Of a DNA stretch of 56,969 bases, positions 1-9,298 are shown piece by piece. The DNA comes from a virus (Duplodnaviria > Heunggongvirae > Uroviricota > Caudoviricetes): IMG/VR virus record IMGVR_UViG_2740892231_000011, positions 1 through 56,969 of that record; one strand, 5' to 3'. Made by a program: the position numbers and the translations under genes. The notes beneath the pieces are model-generated. The model was not told the origin of the DNA and did not search any database. It saw only the letters and a program-made list of their open reading frames with translations. Position 1 is the stretch's first letter; each line of letters starts with the position of its first letter.

Positions 1-39
1 ATGGCGCTCATAAATCTGGTATACTTACCTTTACACATT

Positions 40-402
40 GGGGCTGATTCTGGATTCGACGGGATTTGCGAAACCCAAGGTGCATGCCGAGGGGCGGTTG
101 GCCTCGTAAAAAGCCGCAAAAAATAGTCGCAAACGACGAAAACTACGCTTTAGCAGCTTAATAACCTGCTTAGAGCCCTCTCTCCCTAGCCTCCGCTCTT
201 AGGACGGGGATCAAGAGAGGTCAAACCCAAAAGAGATCGCGTGGAAGCCCTGCCTGGGGTTGAAGCGTTAAAACTTAATCAGGCTAGTTTGTTAGTGGCG
301 TGTCCGTCCGCAGCTGGCAAGCGAATGTAAAGACTGACTAAGCATGTAGTACCGAGGATGTAGGAATTTCGGACGCGGGTTCAACTCCCGCCAGCTCCAC
401 CA
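40..402 (+). ncRNA. ssrA: tmRNA (transfer-messenger RNA, SsrA)
   Basis: 363 nt starting GGGGCTGATTCTGGATTCGAC and ending GGTTCAACTCCCGCCAGCTCCACCA; internal tag frame GCAAACGACGAAAACTACGCTTTAGCAGCTTAA (ANDENYALAA*) at about 129..161. Matches E. coli ssrA from memory. Confidence 0.95.
372..402. repeat. att core at ssrA 3' end (left copy of 31-bp direct repeat)
   Basis: GACGCGGGTTCAACTCCCGCCAGCTCCACCA recurs identically at 41255..41285; typical 3'-end tRNA/tmRNA attachment duplication. Confidence 0.75.
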
Positions 403-532
403 ATCATGATTGGACGGTGTAAGGACAACACCAACAAAAACAGGATGTTAGCAGTCTCTGCAGGACACCGACCAGACGGTGAGGGGACAAAAAAGGATAC
501 GCAAAGGAGCCGCGGCTCTTTAGTTACATGAA

Positions 533-556
533 AGCCCGCTAATGCGGGCTTTTTTT
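533..556 (+). terminator. rho-independent terminator-like hairpin downstream of ssrA
   Basis: AGCCCGC-TAAT-GCGGGCT stem-loop followed by TTTTTTT. Confidence 0.5.
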
Positions 557-570
557 ATGGGATAAGACAT

Positions 571-1491
571 ATGAACCAACTGCAAGAAATCATTCAGATA
601 CTAAGTACTGGTGATGAAGGCACAACAAATGCTCTCATAAAAACGAAGATCCTTCTTTTCTCTATCGGGAAAAAGGAGCTTGCTGCATGGGTAAATCATG
701 AGATAAACGGTTATCCTGATTCAGTTTCCCTTCCAGATTATAGAATTGTTGGCACAAGAATTCTTGCAGATCTGAACAACGGCGTTCGCCTATATAGAGC
801 TTTTCCGTTACCGATTGGCTATCTAAGTGAAGATGACTATGAAGATGCTACAACCAGTAATGTGAGGCTTTCAATCAGTCAAATCGAAGAACTAGTAACC
901 AATGCTGGTGATAGCCATGCTCTTCAGCAGCCAATTCCTTTAGATTACGCGTTAGTTAAGTACTGCAAAGGTATCGATAAAGGCTATGAGTTAACACGCT
1001 GTTATAAAGAGATCGCACTACATAACTTTACTTCCATCTTAACTCAGGTCAGGTCACGGCTACTTGATTTTATACTTGAACTTTCTGATCAAGTTTCTGA
1101 AATACCAGATGAGAAAAACATGACAGAAAAACTCAAAAATATCGACACGTCTTCATTATTCCATAACTCAATTTTTGGAGACAATACTGTCATAAACTTC
1201 GGAAATGAAAACTCATTTTCTGTGAATAACCACGTCGTCAAAAACAACACTGAGTCATTAAAAGAGTTTCTCTCAGCTCAGGGGTTCCCTAAATCTGATG
1301 TTAACGATTTAGAAATTGCTATTGGTGAAGATGGCCCGATAGCTAACAAACGTGGTGAATATGGTCAATCTGTTAGTAAATGGTTGGCAAATATTGCGAG
1401 TAAAGCAGCCCATGGTACTTTGGGCATAGGAATAGCTGCTGCAACTCAAGCAGCTACAGCGGCTCTGAAAAAATACTACGGTCTATCATAA
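571..1491 (+). CDS. hypothetical protein (306 aa); candidate defence/abortive-infection cargo with C-terminal small-residue hydrophobic segment
   Basis: Intact ORF in an AT-rich block just inside the prophage end; C-terminus HGTLGIGIAAATQAATAAL resembles a glycine-zipper-type membrane segment; no motif I can assign to a known family. Confidence 0.55.
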   Translation: MNQLQEIIQILSTGDEGTTNALIKTKILLFSIGKKELAAWVNHEINGYPDSVSLPDYRIVGTRILADLNNGVRLYRAFPLPIGYLSEDDYEDATTSNVRLSISQIEELVTNAGDSHALQQPIPLDYALVKYCKGIDKGYELTRCYKEIALHNFTSILTQVRSRLLDFILELSDQVSEIPDEKNMTEKLKNIDTSSLFHNSIFGDNTVINFGNENSFSVNNHVVKNNTESLKEFLSAQGFPKSDVNDLEIAIGEDGPIANKRGEYGQSVSKWLANIASKAAHGTLGIGIAAATQAATAALKKYYGLS

Positions 1492-1540
1492 CCATCATGG
1501 GGTGTCGGGGGTCGGAGGTTCAAATCCTCTCGTGCGACCA
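1492..1540 (+). other. tRNA-Pro 3'-half remnant (non-functional, att-like)
   Basis: CCATCATGGGGTGTCGGGGGTCGGAGGTTCAAATCCTCTCGTGCGACCA matches the anticodon-stem to CCA portion of E. coli tRNA-Pro (proL-type, from memory) with one base missing in the acceptor arm; the 5' half is absent. Confidence 0.7.
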
Positions 1541-1555
1541 AAAATCCCTTAAGAA

Positions 1556-1580
1556 CCAGCCTATTATGGCTGGTTTTTTT
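1556..1580 (+). terminator. terminator-like hairpin
   Basis: CCAGCC-TATTAT-GGCTGG followed by a T-run. Confidence 0.45.
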
Positions 1581-2324
1581 ATGATTGTTTTTTATGCGGA
1601 GAAATACCGGGGAATAATTGGGGTAAAACACCTTTAGGCTATTCACTTAGCCTACCACCATCAAAATCTTTCCGAATGTATCCATCTCTTTTTTCTTATG
1701 CAGCTAAAACGAAGTCTTGATACTGTTTATTTACACAGATAAGAATAATACTGTCTACAAACGCAGTACAAAAGAAGTGTTATGCGTATTGAGATCTCCA
1801 TAACCAAAGACAAAATGACCAAATGCCAAATGGCGCTGTGGACGCGTTAAAGGAAGAGTTAACCCAACACATTGGCAAGCGTTATGACGATGTGGAGATG
1901 ATCGTAAAAGCCACCAGCAACGATAGTTTTTCAGTTAGACATACTGCAGATAAAGATTGAGCTAAAACTTTCGTTCAGGAAACTCTGAATGATACCTGAG
2001 AGTCTACTGAAGAGTTGTTTGTTCACTAGTTAGCACGTAGGAAATCATTCAATACTCGCACTATCGGAAGTTCACCAGCCAGTCGTAGCACGTCCTTGCA
2101 AACGACGTGCCTACAATTTCAATCACCTCTCACCATCAGTTCTATCAATAATAATTAAACAGCGCCTAGACAAAATAAATAACAACAAGTCAACAACCTC
2201 GACAGGATGCCGATGGGATGATGAAGAGATAAGAAAGAATAACCAGTAAAGCCCTAAAACGTCAGCGTTCAGACGCGTTTTTTACTTAACCGGTAACAAA
2301 TACGTTGTATCATAGCAGAATAAA

Positions 2325-4274
2325 ATGATTGTTCTAAATCAGATTAACTCCTCACTTTTGTACAATGTCGCTTACAGGTATACCATGAAATCCGAGACGC
2401 TAACTGTCCAACAACTTTTTCAAGACCGCCGACAATACTGTGTTCCATTCTATCAACGTGCCTATGTATGGACTCAGCAAGACCAATGGTCAGCTCTACT
2501 GGAGGATATCCTAGAGAAAGCACAATCCCGGCTCTCGGGTACAAAACCAACTCCCCATTTCCTTGGTGCGGTTGTACTGGAACCTCAATCAAAAAAAGGA
2601 TTATTAGGTGTAGATTCCATACATATTATTGATGGTCAGCAACGATTGACCACTCTTCAATATGTTCTGGCATCCATCCGATTAGCATTACGTGCTACGG
2701 ATCTTTCCAGCTTAGAGGCTCTCATTTCGCCTTGCCTGAAAAACTCAAACGAAGACACAATGCGAAATAAAGAAGTAGAACGCTTCAAACTGTGGCCAAC
2801 TTTTCGGGATCAAACTCATTTTATTCAAAGTTTTAATGTTGAAAATATTGACGATCTCCGGGACGTATTCTCTGATAGTTTCACGCAGCATGGTACGTTG
2901 CGTAAGCGTTTTAATCACCCGCCATCACTAGAAGCATTATGTTTTTTTACTAAAGCCTTTATAAAATGGATTAAAATAGAAAACCACTCACCACAAGAAA
3001 ATGCTGTAGCTCTAATTGAGGCTGTCTTAACAGATCTGAAACTGGTAAGCATATTTCTCGAAGCTGAAGATGATGCCCAAATAATTTTTGAAACATTAAA
3101 TGGGCGAGGGGCGGAACTTCATGCTACGGATCTTATTCGCAACTATATCTTTATGTGCGCAGAGCATGAAAATATAAATGCTATTGAATTATATGAAAAT
3201 GAGTGGAAGAGCTTTGAAGATAAATACTGGTCGGAAAAACAACGCCGTGGACGTATTAATAAACCACGCATGGAGTGGCTAGTACATGCGACATTGCAAT
3301 CAGAAAGGCAGCGTGAAATTGATCTGTCTCGCCTTTACAATGAGTATCGTGATTATGTAAGTAAGGACTTGTCTTCACAACGAGCAGATCTGCAAGTAAA
3401 GCGCCTCAAACAATATGCATTACAATATAAAGAATTGGTTGATGGTTTTGGCACAACCCCCATCTCACACTTTGGATATCGCATCGCAGACTATGATGTG
3501 ACGACACTTTATCCGCTTGCTTTGTTCATTTCGATAGCTAACATCGCTGATGATGAGAAAGCAGCCATGTATAATGATCTTGTCTCCTACGTAGTACGAA
3601 GAGCCGTATGTGGCCTGACGCCAAAGAATTACAACAATGTATTTATGAATGTATTGCGGCACTTGGCTAAAACGGAAATTTCCAGTGTTGAGTTACGTAA
3701 TATCCTCAATAACTTAAATGGCGAAGCCTCACGTTGGCCTGGTGACTCAGAATTTCTCAACGCTTGCATCAATGCTCCACTTTATCCTGGCAGGCTCGAC
3801 GCACCGAAAATGCGCTCAATGTTAACGGAACTTGAAAGAGAACTTTGTCGCCAAGTGAAGACCGAAAAGCCTGATGTTCCAAATCTTTCTAATCTCGATA
3901 TCGATCATCTTATGCCCCAAAGTTGGTATTCCTGTTGGCCTCTCGAAAATGGTCGTATGGTGACAAATTCAGATGCTACGGTATTGAACCAAATTGTTCT
4001 GTCTGGAACCGATCTTACCCCTGAACAGCTACTGGTAAGGAAACGGCAACAAGCGATAGCTACTTTGGGAAATCTAACTTTGCTTAACCTTAGCGTAAAC
4101 CGTTCTGTTCAGAATGCTGTATTTCTGAAAAAACGTGATGCTCTCATCGTCCACACCAATCTACGACTGAACATTCCACTTATAGTTAAGGATAAATGGG
4201 ATGAGGATGAAATCCTGGAGCGGGGTAAAAAGTTGGGGGAAATTGCATTGAAAGTATGGCCAAAACACGATTAA
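2325..4274 (+). CDS. GmrSD-like type IV (modification-dependent) restriction endonuclease, DUF262 + DUF1524 architecture
   Basis: N-terminal YQRAYVW and DGQQR motifs (DUF262/ParB-like NTPase); C-terminal DIDHLMPQSW His-Me finger motif (DUF1524). True start may be the internal Met at about 2385 (MKSETLTV). Confidence 0.8.
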   Translation: MIVLNQINSSLLYNVAYRYTMKSETLTVQQLFQDRRQYCVPFYQRAYVWTQQDQWSALLEDILEKAQSRLSGTKPTPHFLGAVVLEPQSKKGLLGVDSIHIIDGQQRLTTLQYVLASIRLALRATDLSSLEALISPCLKNSNEDTMRNKEVERFKLWPTFRDQTHFIQSFNVENIDDLRDVFSDSFTQHGTLRKRFNHPPSLEALCFFTKAFIKWIKIENHSPQENAVALIEAVLTDLKLVSIFLEAEDDAQIIFETLNGRGAELHATDLIRNYIFMCAEHENINAIELYENEWKSFEDKYWSEKQRRGRINKPRMEWLVHATLQSERQREIDLSRLYNEYRDYVSKDLSSQRADLQVKRLKQYALQYKELVDGFGTTPISHFGYRIADYDVTTLYPLALFISIANIADDEKAAMYNDLVSYVVRRAVCGLTPKNYNNVFMNVLRHLAKTEISSVELRNILNNLNGEASRWPGDSEFLNACINAPLYPGRLDAPKMRSMLTELERELCRQVKTEKPDVPNLSNLDIDHLMPQSWYSCWPLENGRMVTNSDATVLNQIVLSGTDLTPEQLLVRKRQQAIATLGNLTLLNLSVNRSVQNAVFLKKRDALIVHTNLRLNIPLIVKDKWDEDEILERGKKLGEIALKVWPKHD

Positions 4275-4295
4275 TGCAATTAATAAAATGATTAT

Positions 4296-4321
4296 AGCGG
4301 CCTTACCTTAGTAAGGCCGCT
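4296..4321. terminator. 11-bp stem hairpin after the GmrSD-like gene (putative terminator)
   Basis: AGCGGCCTTAC-CTTA-GTAAGGCCGCT perfect inverted repeat; no clean T-run on the + strand. Confidence 0.35.
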
Positions 4322-4524
4322 ACTCACTATTAAATACTTTAATTTGCATCAAGAACAGCAATGTCAGCCCTAGGTCTCGGACTTTGTACCGCTTATCTTG
4401 TTTTCAAAAATCAGCTCGCATCCTGCACAGTTCAGCGCATTACGTTGTAGATCTGTGTTCTGGTCATTTGTTGATACGCGTACATAGCCAATAAGCATGG
4501 TAGATCCCCCTGACAAAAGCAGGA

Positions 4525-4938
4525 ATGATGCCATTTGCTCGTTATTTCTGCATTTTCATAAACGTTGGTTTGGGAGAAGCGGCAAAACGGGATGTGGGGA
4601 CAGGGGAAAATCAGATACCGGACATGGCCTCTTTTGCCAGTGGTGATGGATGGATGAAATTACCCAACGGGAAAATCCTGCAATATGGTCGTGGTGCGGT
4701 TACGCCGACATTATCGACGCAAACAATGAGAATTACATTCAGCATCCCTTTCCCCAAAAAAGCGGACTGCGCCATGCTTACTCATTCTGGTGATGGCGGT
4801 GCGCCTTTAGGCGCTGGGCGAGGGTTCGTGATGACTGCAGAAGGCCCAACGTTAACCGGCTTTAATTCTGCTTACAGAACGTCATCAACCAGCGACACGG
4901 TATCGATGAATTACAGTTGGTGGGCTGTTGGTGAGTAA
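4525..4938 (+). CDS. orphan tail-fibre variable C-terminal segment (S'v-like)
   Basis: Tail-fibre tip-like sequence, convergent with the main fibre gene; only 7 in-frame codons upstream before a stop, so no constant part is attached. Confidence 0.45.
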   Translation: MMPFARYFCIFINVGLGEAAKRDVGTGENQIPDMASFASGDGWMKLPNGKILQYGRGAVTPTLSTQTMRITFSIPFPKKADCAMLTHSGDGGAPLGAGRGFVMTAEGPTLTGFNSAYRTSSTSDTVSMNYSWWAVGE

Positions 4939-4949
4939 TTTTATTCAGG

Positions 4950-5402
4950 GTGATTTATATGAACGAATATGTTTATAGCGCAAGGCATAATGCTTTTTTC
5001 CCTGTGGATATGATTGATAAATATAAATCAGAGGGATGGGATTTATCAGATGCTAAGGAAGTGAATCAAAATATTATCAGTGAGTTTATGGCTGAACCGC
5101 CACAAGGAAAGATCCGTATTGCCGGAAATGATGGGCTGCCTGCGTGGGCAGATATTCCTCCACCCACGCATGAAGAGCTTATTGAAATTACTGAATCAGA
5201 AAGACAGCTATTAATTAACCAGGCCAACGAATACATGAACAGTAAACAATGGCCCGGTAAAGCCGCTATTGGTCGTCTGAAAGGTGACGAACTGGCGCAA
5301 TATAATTTGTGGCTGGATTATCTGGACGCACTGGAGCTGGTCGATACTTCCGGTGCGCCAGATATTGAATGGCCTACGCCTCCGACAGTTCAGGCCAGAT
5401 GA
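4950..5402 (+). CDS. tail fibre assembly protein (Tfa, alternative copy)
   Basis: 150 aa with Tfa-like C-terminus (LWLDYLDALELVDTSGAPDIEWPTPP); paired with the orphan fibre segment. Confidence 0.7.
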   Translation: MIYMNEYVYSARHNAFFPVDMIDKYKSEGWDLSDAKEVNQNIISEFMAEPPQGKIRIAGNDGLPAWADIPPPTHEELIEITESERQLLINQANEYMNSKQWPGKAAIGRLKGDELAQYNLWLDYLDALELVDTSGAPDIEWPTPPTVQAR

Positions 5403-5976
5403 CATCCGGCGCGGTGCTGGTATCTGTTGCCGTCACCGCGTCAATGTAATCCAGCACAGCGTTAAGGCGGGTTGTTTCTGCCTGCGTCAGTTTACGTCCG
5501 GCCTGCAATTTCAGCTGAATCAGACTGATGGAGGCCATTGCAGTATCAATCAGCGACTGGCGCTGTGCTTCTGCTGCATCTACTGCTGCGCCGTGCTGTG
5601 CCTCGGTATCCGTCACCCATTTCTCACCATCCCATTTATCGTATGGCGTTAACGGGGCGATAGTGGTTGTATTATCAGGGTAATCACCCGGAGCTGTGAT
5701 TTCTTTTGATTCCCCTGTTTCGGTGCTAAAAACGATTTCACCGCGATGGTCTGGCATATATTCCCATGATTTTAAATCTGCTGAACGGCAGATAGTATAA
5801 CCAGCCTTATATGTACCAGGAGCATCTAAACAGGAATACGCCGGAATACCGACACCCACAACAAGATATTCGGTTGATGTGGAAAGATATTCCTTCGTCT
5901 CAGCATCAAAATTATAAACGGTAATGTTTCCTGCCTTTGTAGTAATGAGTTCGCTATTTAATACGGCTTTATTCAT
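5374..5976 (-). CDS. tail fibre assembly protein (Tfa)
   Basis: 200 aa; C-terminus LNAVLDYIDAVTATDTSTAPDVIWPE is Tfa-like; immediately downstream of the tail fibre gene. Confidence 0.7.
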   Translation of the reverse strand: MNKAVLNSELITTKAGNITVYNFDAETKEYLSTSTEYLVVGVGIPAYSCLDAPGTYKAGYTICRSADLKSWEYMPDHRGEIVFSTETGESKEITAPGDYPDNTTTIAPLTPYDKWDGEKWVTDTEAQHGAAVDAAEAQRQSLIDTAMASISLIQLKLQAGRKLTQAETTRLNAVLDYIDAVTATDTSTAPDVIWPELSEA

Positions 5977-6701
5977 CAGGCTGCCCTCACGATATAGTTA
6001 AATGCGACGTTGCGCGGCCGGGTTTCAGAACCACCAACCGATACCGTAGAAATTGAATTTGCCGTAATAAGTTCCCCGAAAGCATCAGCCGTAACTACGA
6101 ACCGACCTCCCGTTGGATCAAAACCTGTTAGCGCATAGTACTTGTCAAACCAGTGCCCATGAGAAGCAAATAAATGGTCTTGAGATGTCAACAAACCACG
6201 AGAGGAATCCACCCCGCGCCCATCATCCCATCCACGAATAAATTCACCGCGTAAATCAGGCAATTTATTTGTCGGGTAAGCCTTTGCCAGTTCCGGGTAT
6301 TCTTCAGCAGAAAAAGCCGCACCATTGCATTTCAACCAGCCTGTTGGCGGAGTGGCTGAAGGCCACGGAACAGGCACCCCAACAGGTAATGCTGAGCCTT
6401 CTCCCAAACCAAGGTTTTCGAGAGCCGTTTTCACCGTGCCATCCGATTTGATATCGCCAAACGGATTCTTGCGGCTTAACAGCAGCGCACGAAGCGCGGT
6501 AAGCAGCTGATCATGCCGCCCCTTCTCCAGGCTGGCACCGGATGCCTCCACAACACTGCAAAGTTCCTCCTGCAACATGTCAAAGTAGTCATCATCCAGA
6601 TCGGTGGCAGGTGTGCCGGTCTGGGGGTTACCACGGGTAAAACCGTTCTTACCCGCGCCGAACTTATCCTTCTGCGCGGTTTTCGTATCTATACGATGCA
6701 T
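5976..6701 (-). CDS. tail fibre protein (Mu S-like)
   Basis: 241 aa; C-terminus ...[17 protein letters not shown] typical of Mu/e14-type fibre tips; follows the baseplate genes. Confidence 0.75.
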   Translation of the reverse strand: MHRIDTKTAQKDKFGAGKNGFTRGNPQTGTPATDLDDDYFDMLQEELCSVVEASGASLEKGRHDQLLTALRALLLSRKNPFGDIKSDGTVKTALENLGLGEGSALPVGVPVPWPSATPPTGWLKCNGAAFSAEEYPELAKAYPTNKLPDLRGEFIRGWDDGRGVDSSRGLLTSQDHLFASHGHWFDKYYALTGFDPTGGRFVVTADAFGELITANSISTVSVGGSETRPRNVAFNYIVRAA

Positions 6702-6704
6702 GGA

Positions 6705-7289
6705 TTACTCCGGATATTTAAAAATTACGTAGGTATGCGACGGGCAGAGTTTGTTAAGCACACACTCGACAACGGTGTCGCCCCAGATACGCAGTGCGGA
6801 ATCACAGGGATCGCCACATGTCATCCAGGTGGTGTTGGTGTCGGCTGGCATGTTGACCTGCCAGTAATACCGCCATTCCGGCGCATTCACCGCGTCAGTA
6901 CAGGCCGATGAGCAGGTGAACGTGCTTTTGTCGTATCGCGTGATGGTGGCGTCTGGTCTGCCCAGGGCAGCAAGCTGTGCAAGGTAAAAATCCTCATTGA
7001 TGCCGCCCGCCAGGTTAACCTTCGCATCCAGTCGTTGCTGACGCTGGCGAAGGCTCTGTGTCCCTGCGGGAATACATTCATCCGGCAGGCCGCACAGACG
7101 CTCCCAGCGATTTATCAGTTCGGTGGTGGTGCGCGGATCCAGCTCCCGCATCAGGGCATCCGCACGCTGATGAACGCGGGTTAATGACTGTGCCGCACCG
7201 GCAATCGCCGGATCGCTGGCTGACCACGCCGGACCGGGCGGCAGCAGTGCCGACAACAGACGGATGTAATCATCGTTTGTCACGTCCAT
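6705..7289 (-). CDS. tail/baseplate protein, Mu gp48 (DUF2313)-like
   Basis: 194 aa; position between baseplate J-like gene and tail fibre as in Mu-like tails. Confidence 0.6.
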   Translation of the reverse strand: MDVTNDDYIRLLSALLPPGPAWSASDPAIAGAAQSLTRVHQRADALMRELDPRTTTELINRWERLCGLPDECIPAGTQSLRQRQQRLDAKVNLAGGINEDFYLAQLAALGRPDATITRYDKSTFTCSSACTDAVNAPEWRYYWQVNMPADTNTTWMTCGDPCDSALRIWGDTVVECVLNKLCPSHTYVIFKYPE

Positions 7290-8338
7290 GAAATCGTCCC
7301 CAGAACCGCCAGTTCATTTTTTGCAATGGAGATATTGTCCGCCGGAGCAAGCAACTGATGGCTGTATTCCCCGTTCGCACCGGAAATCGCTTCACTGATA
7401 CGCGACACCTTCAGCTCTCCCTGCGGATAACCATCACGCAGCAGGAATGAACGCAACTCTGCGGTAATGGCAGCCCGTATTTCCGGTGTGTCCGGCGTCA
7501 CGCGGATATGAAAATCCACCGTATGCGCCACCGGCCTGAACACATACAAATCAGAGCCTGCCACCGGGGCCAGTGGCTCAATGTGTTGTCTTGCCGCCGT
7601 TTCCGTTGATTCTTCCGGAATGGGATTAATCAGGTCACTGCTGGCAATCATCACACCGACAGTTCCCGTTCCCATCCAGTGACGGTATGTCCATGCGCGG
7701 GTAATGCCGGGCACTTCTTTAGCCCAGACGACATAGTCCCCGTCAGCCCCGCCCTGCGGCGTCCAGTAATACCGCTCAATGACGCGGGCGCGCCACGTTT
7801 CCAGATCTTCAGTATCGAATCCGCCAGTCAGGGTATCTGCCACACCGGAAGACGGCAGACCATTCACCGGCGTGACCAGGATTAATGCCGTACCGTCGTC
7901 AGCGTTACCGACCGCACCTGCAGTTGAGCAGGCGATCGGCACGCGCAGGACACCACCGGAGCTGGTTGCATCAGAAGTTGCCGTGTACTGAACCAGGTCA
8001 TCGCGCTGAATAACACTCCCGGCGGTCACCTTCAGGCCATCGCTGACACCTTCCCAGCGCATATACCCGTTGGCAGACGTGGCCCCCTTGCGCGGACACC
8101 GTTTCATCGCAGCATGTCGCGCCAGCCAGGACTCATCGCACAGGTCAGGCAGCATGTTCATTGCCAGATAATCGATGTAACCGTAAACCGTATGCAGCGC
8201 CGCCGCATACACCTTTGCCCGCACGTCTTCATCCATGCGCCGGAGCGTGTCGCTGACGTCCAGCCTGGCGAATAAATCGTTACGGAGCATACTGATATTT
8301 TCTGCCAGCGTCGGGCGTTGAAATTCACTGTCCGCCAT
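7280..8338 (-). CDS. baseplate protein, Baseplate_J / Mu gp47-like
   Basis: 352 aa; gene order and sequence character consistent with baseplate J family. Confidence 0.75.
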   Translation of the reverse strand: MADSEFQRPTLAENISMLRNDLFARLDVSDTLRRMDEDVRAKVYAAALHTVYGYIDYLAMNMLPDLCDESWLARHAAMKRCPRKGATSANGYMRWEGVSDGLKVTAGSVIQRDDLVQYTATSDATSSGGVLRVPIACSTAGAVGNADDGTALILVTPVNGLPSSGVADTLTGGFDTEDLETWRARVIERYYWTPQGGADGDYVVWAKEVPGITRAWTYRHWMGTGTVGVMIASSDLINPIPEESTETAARQHIEPLAPVAGSDLYVFRPVAHTVDFHIRVTPDTPEIRAAITAELRSFLLRDGYPQGELKVSRISEAISGANGEYSHQLLAPADNISIAKNELAVLGTISWT

Positions 8339-8753
8339 GCGTTATCGCACTCCACAGATCATCAAAAGAAATCATTACCGGTCCGTCACGACGCCAGAGG
8401 GTGATACTGTTACCCAGCTCATTAATCCCGGTGCGGCGGATATCCAGATCAATACGGGACACCACGCCGTCATCAATCATCCATTGCAGGCATTCGCGGA
8501 TATACCCCCTTACCGTCTGCACCAGCTGATTGGTCAGTTTGCTGCGCTGAAGCAGCCACAGTCGGGAGCCGTAACGGTCATTCTGTACCGCAGGCCAGGT
8601 ATCCCCCCACCATCCCATCGGGACGTCGGCATTGTCATTAGGTTCAACCCGCCGCCAGGTGAACAGGGAAATCACCACGGCACGGGTCAGCGGATCCAGC
8701 GGTGCGCTGGCGCAGGTGCGTTTACCGTTCACCGTCAGCCACAGTTCCATCAT
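8325..8753 (-). CDS. baseplate protein, Mu gp46-like
   Basis: 142 aa, translationally coupled within the baseplate block. Confidence 0.6.
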   Translation of the reverse strand: MMELWLTVNGKRTCASAPLDPLTRAVVISLFTWRRVEPNDNADVPMGWWGDTWPAVQNDRYGSRLWLLQRSKLTNQLVQTVRGYIRECLQWMIDDGVVSRIDLDIRRTGINELGNSITLWRRDGPVMISFDDLWSAITHGGQ

Positions 8754-9298
8754 GCCTCCATCGCTTTATCAGGTTTGTCGGTGTTACTGCCCTGACCGTT
8801 CTCTCTGTGACGATGCCCGTTATAGGCAAGCCGCATCGCTGACATGGTGGTGCCGCCGGAGTCGCACAGGTCTTTCACCTGTCCGGTCACTTCCGGGTCC
8901 ATTTCAAAACGTGCTTCAGGTGCATTGCGAAACGTGATCGTTTTACCTGCACCGTCCACCACGATCCCCTCCCGGGTCAGCGTCACGGACTGCCCCTGAT
9001 CGTCATAGACAGCCACCTCCCCCGTATGCAGCCCTTTCAGGCGGTAGCGCCGGTCCGACACCGTAACAACCACCGCATGAGAACGGTCGCCATCCGGAAA
9101 CAACACCACCGCTTCCGCACCGCTGTTTGCCCTTGCGGTAAAACCGTAGGGTTCAAGATGTTCAACCCCGGCTTTGGGTTCACCGGCAATCAGGGACACA
9201 TCCACGGTCTGACATTTCGTGGCGGCACTGATGCTTTTCACCACTGCCCGCCCAATCAGGCCGAGAAGTTGTCGCTGCATGGCTTCAATCGTCCTCAT
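8750..9298 (-). CDS. baseplate assembly protein V-like (spike), Mu gp45-like
   Basis: 182 aa; position and sequence consistent with baseplate spike. Confidence 0.65.
   Translation of the reverse strand: MRTIEAMQRQLLGLIGRAVVKSISAATKCQTVDVSLIAGEPKAGVEHLEPYGFTARANSGAEAVVLFPDGDRSHAVVVTVSDRRYRLKGLHTGEVAVYDDQGQSVTLTREGIVVDGAGKTITFRNAPEARFEMDPEVTGQVKDLCDSGGTTMSAMRLAYNGHRHRENGQGSNTDKPDKAMEA

Noticed and set aside
1492-1540. Functional tRNA-Pro gene
   Set aside because: Only the 3' half is present (no D-arm or 5' acceptor strand), so it is a remnant, not a gene.
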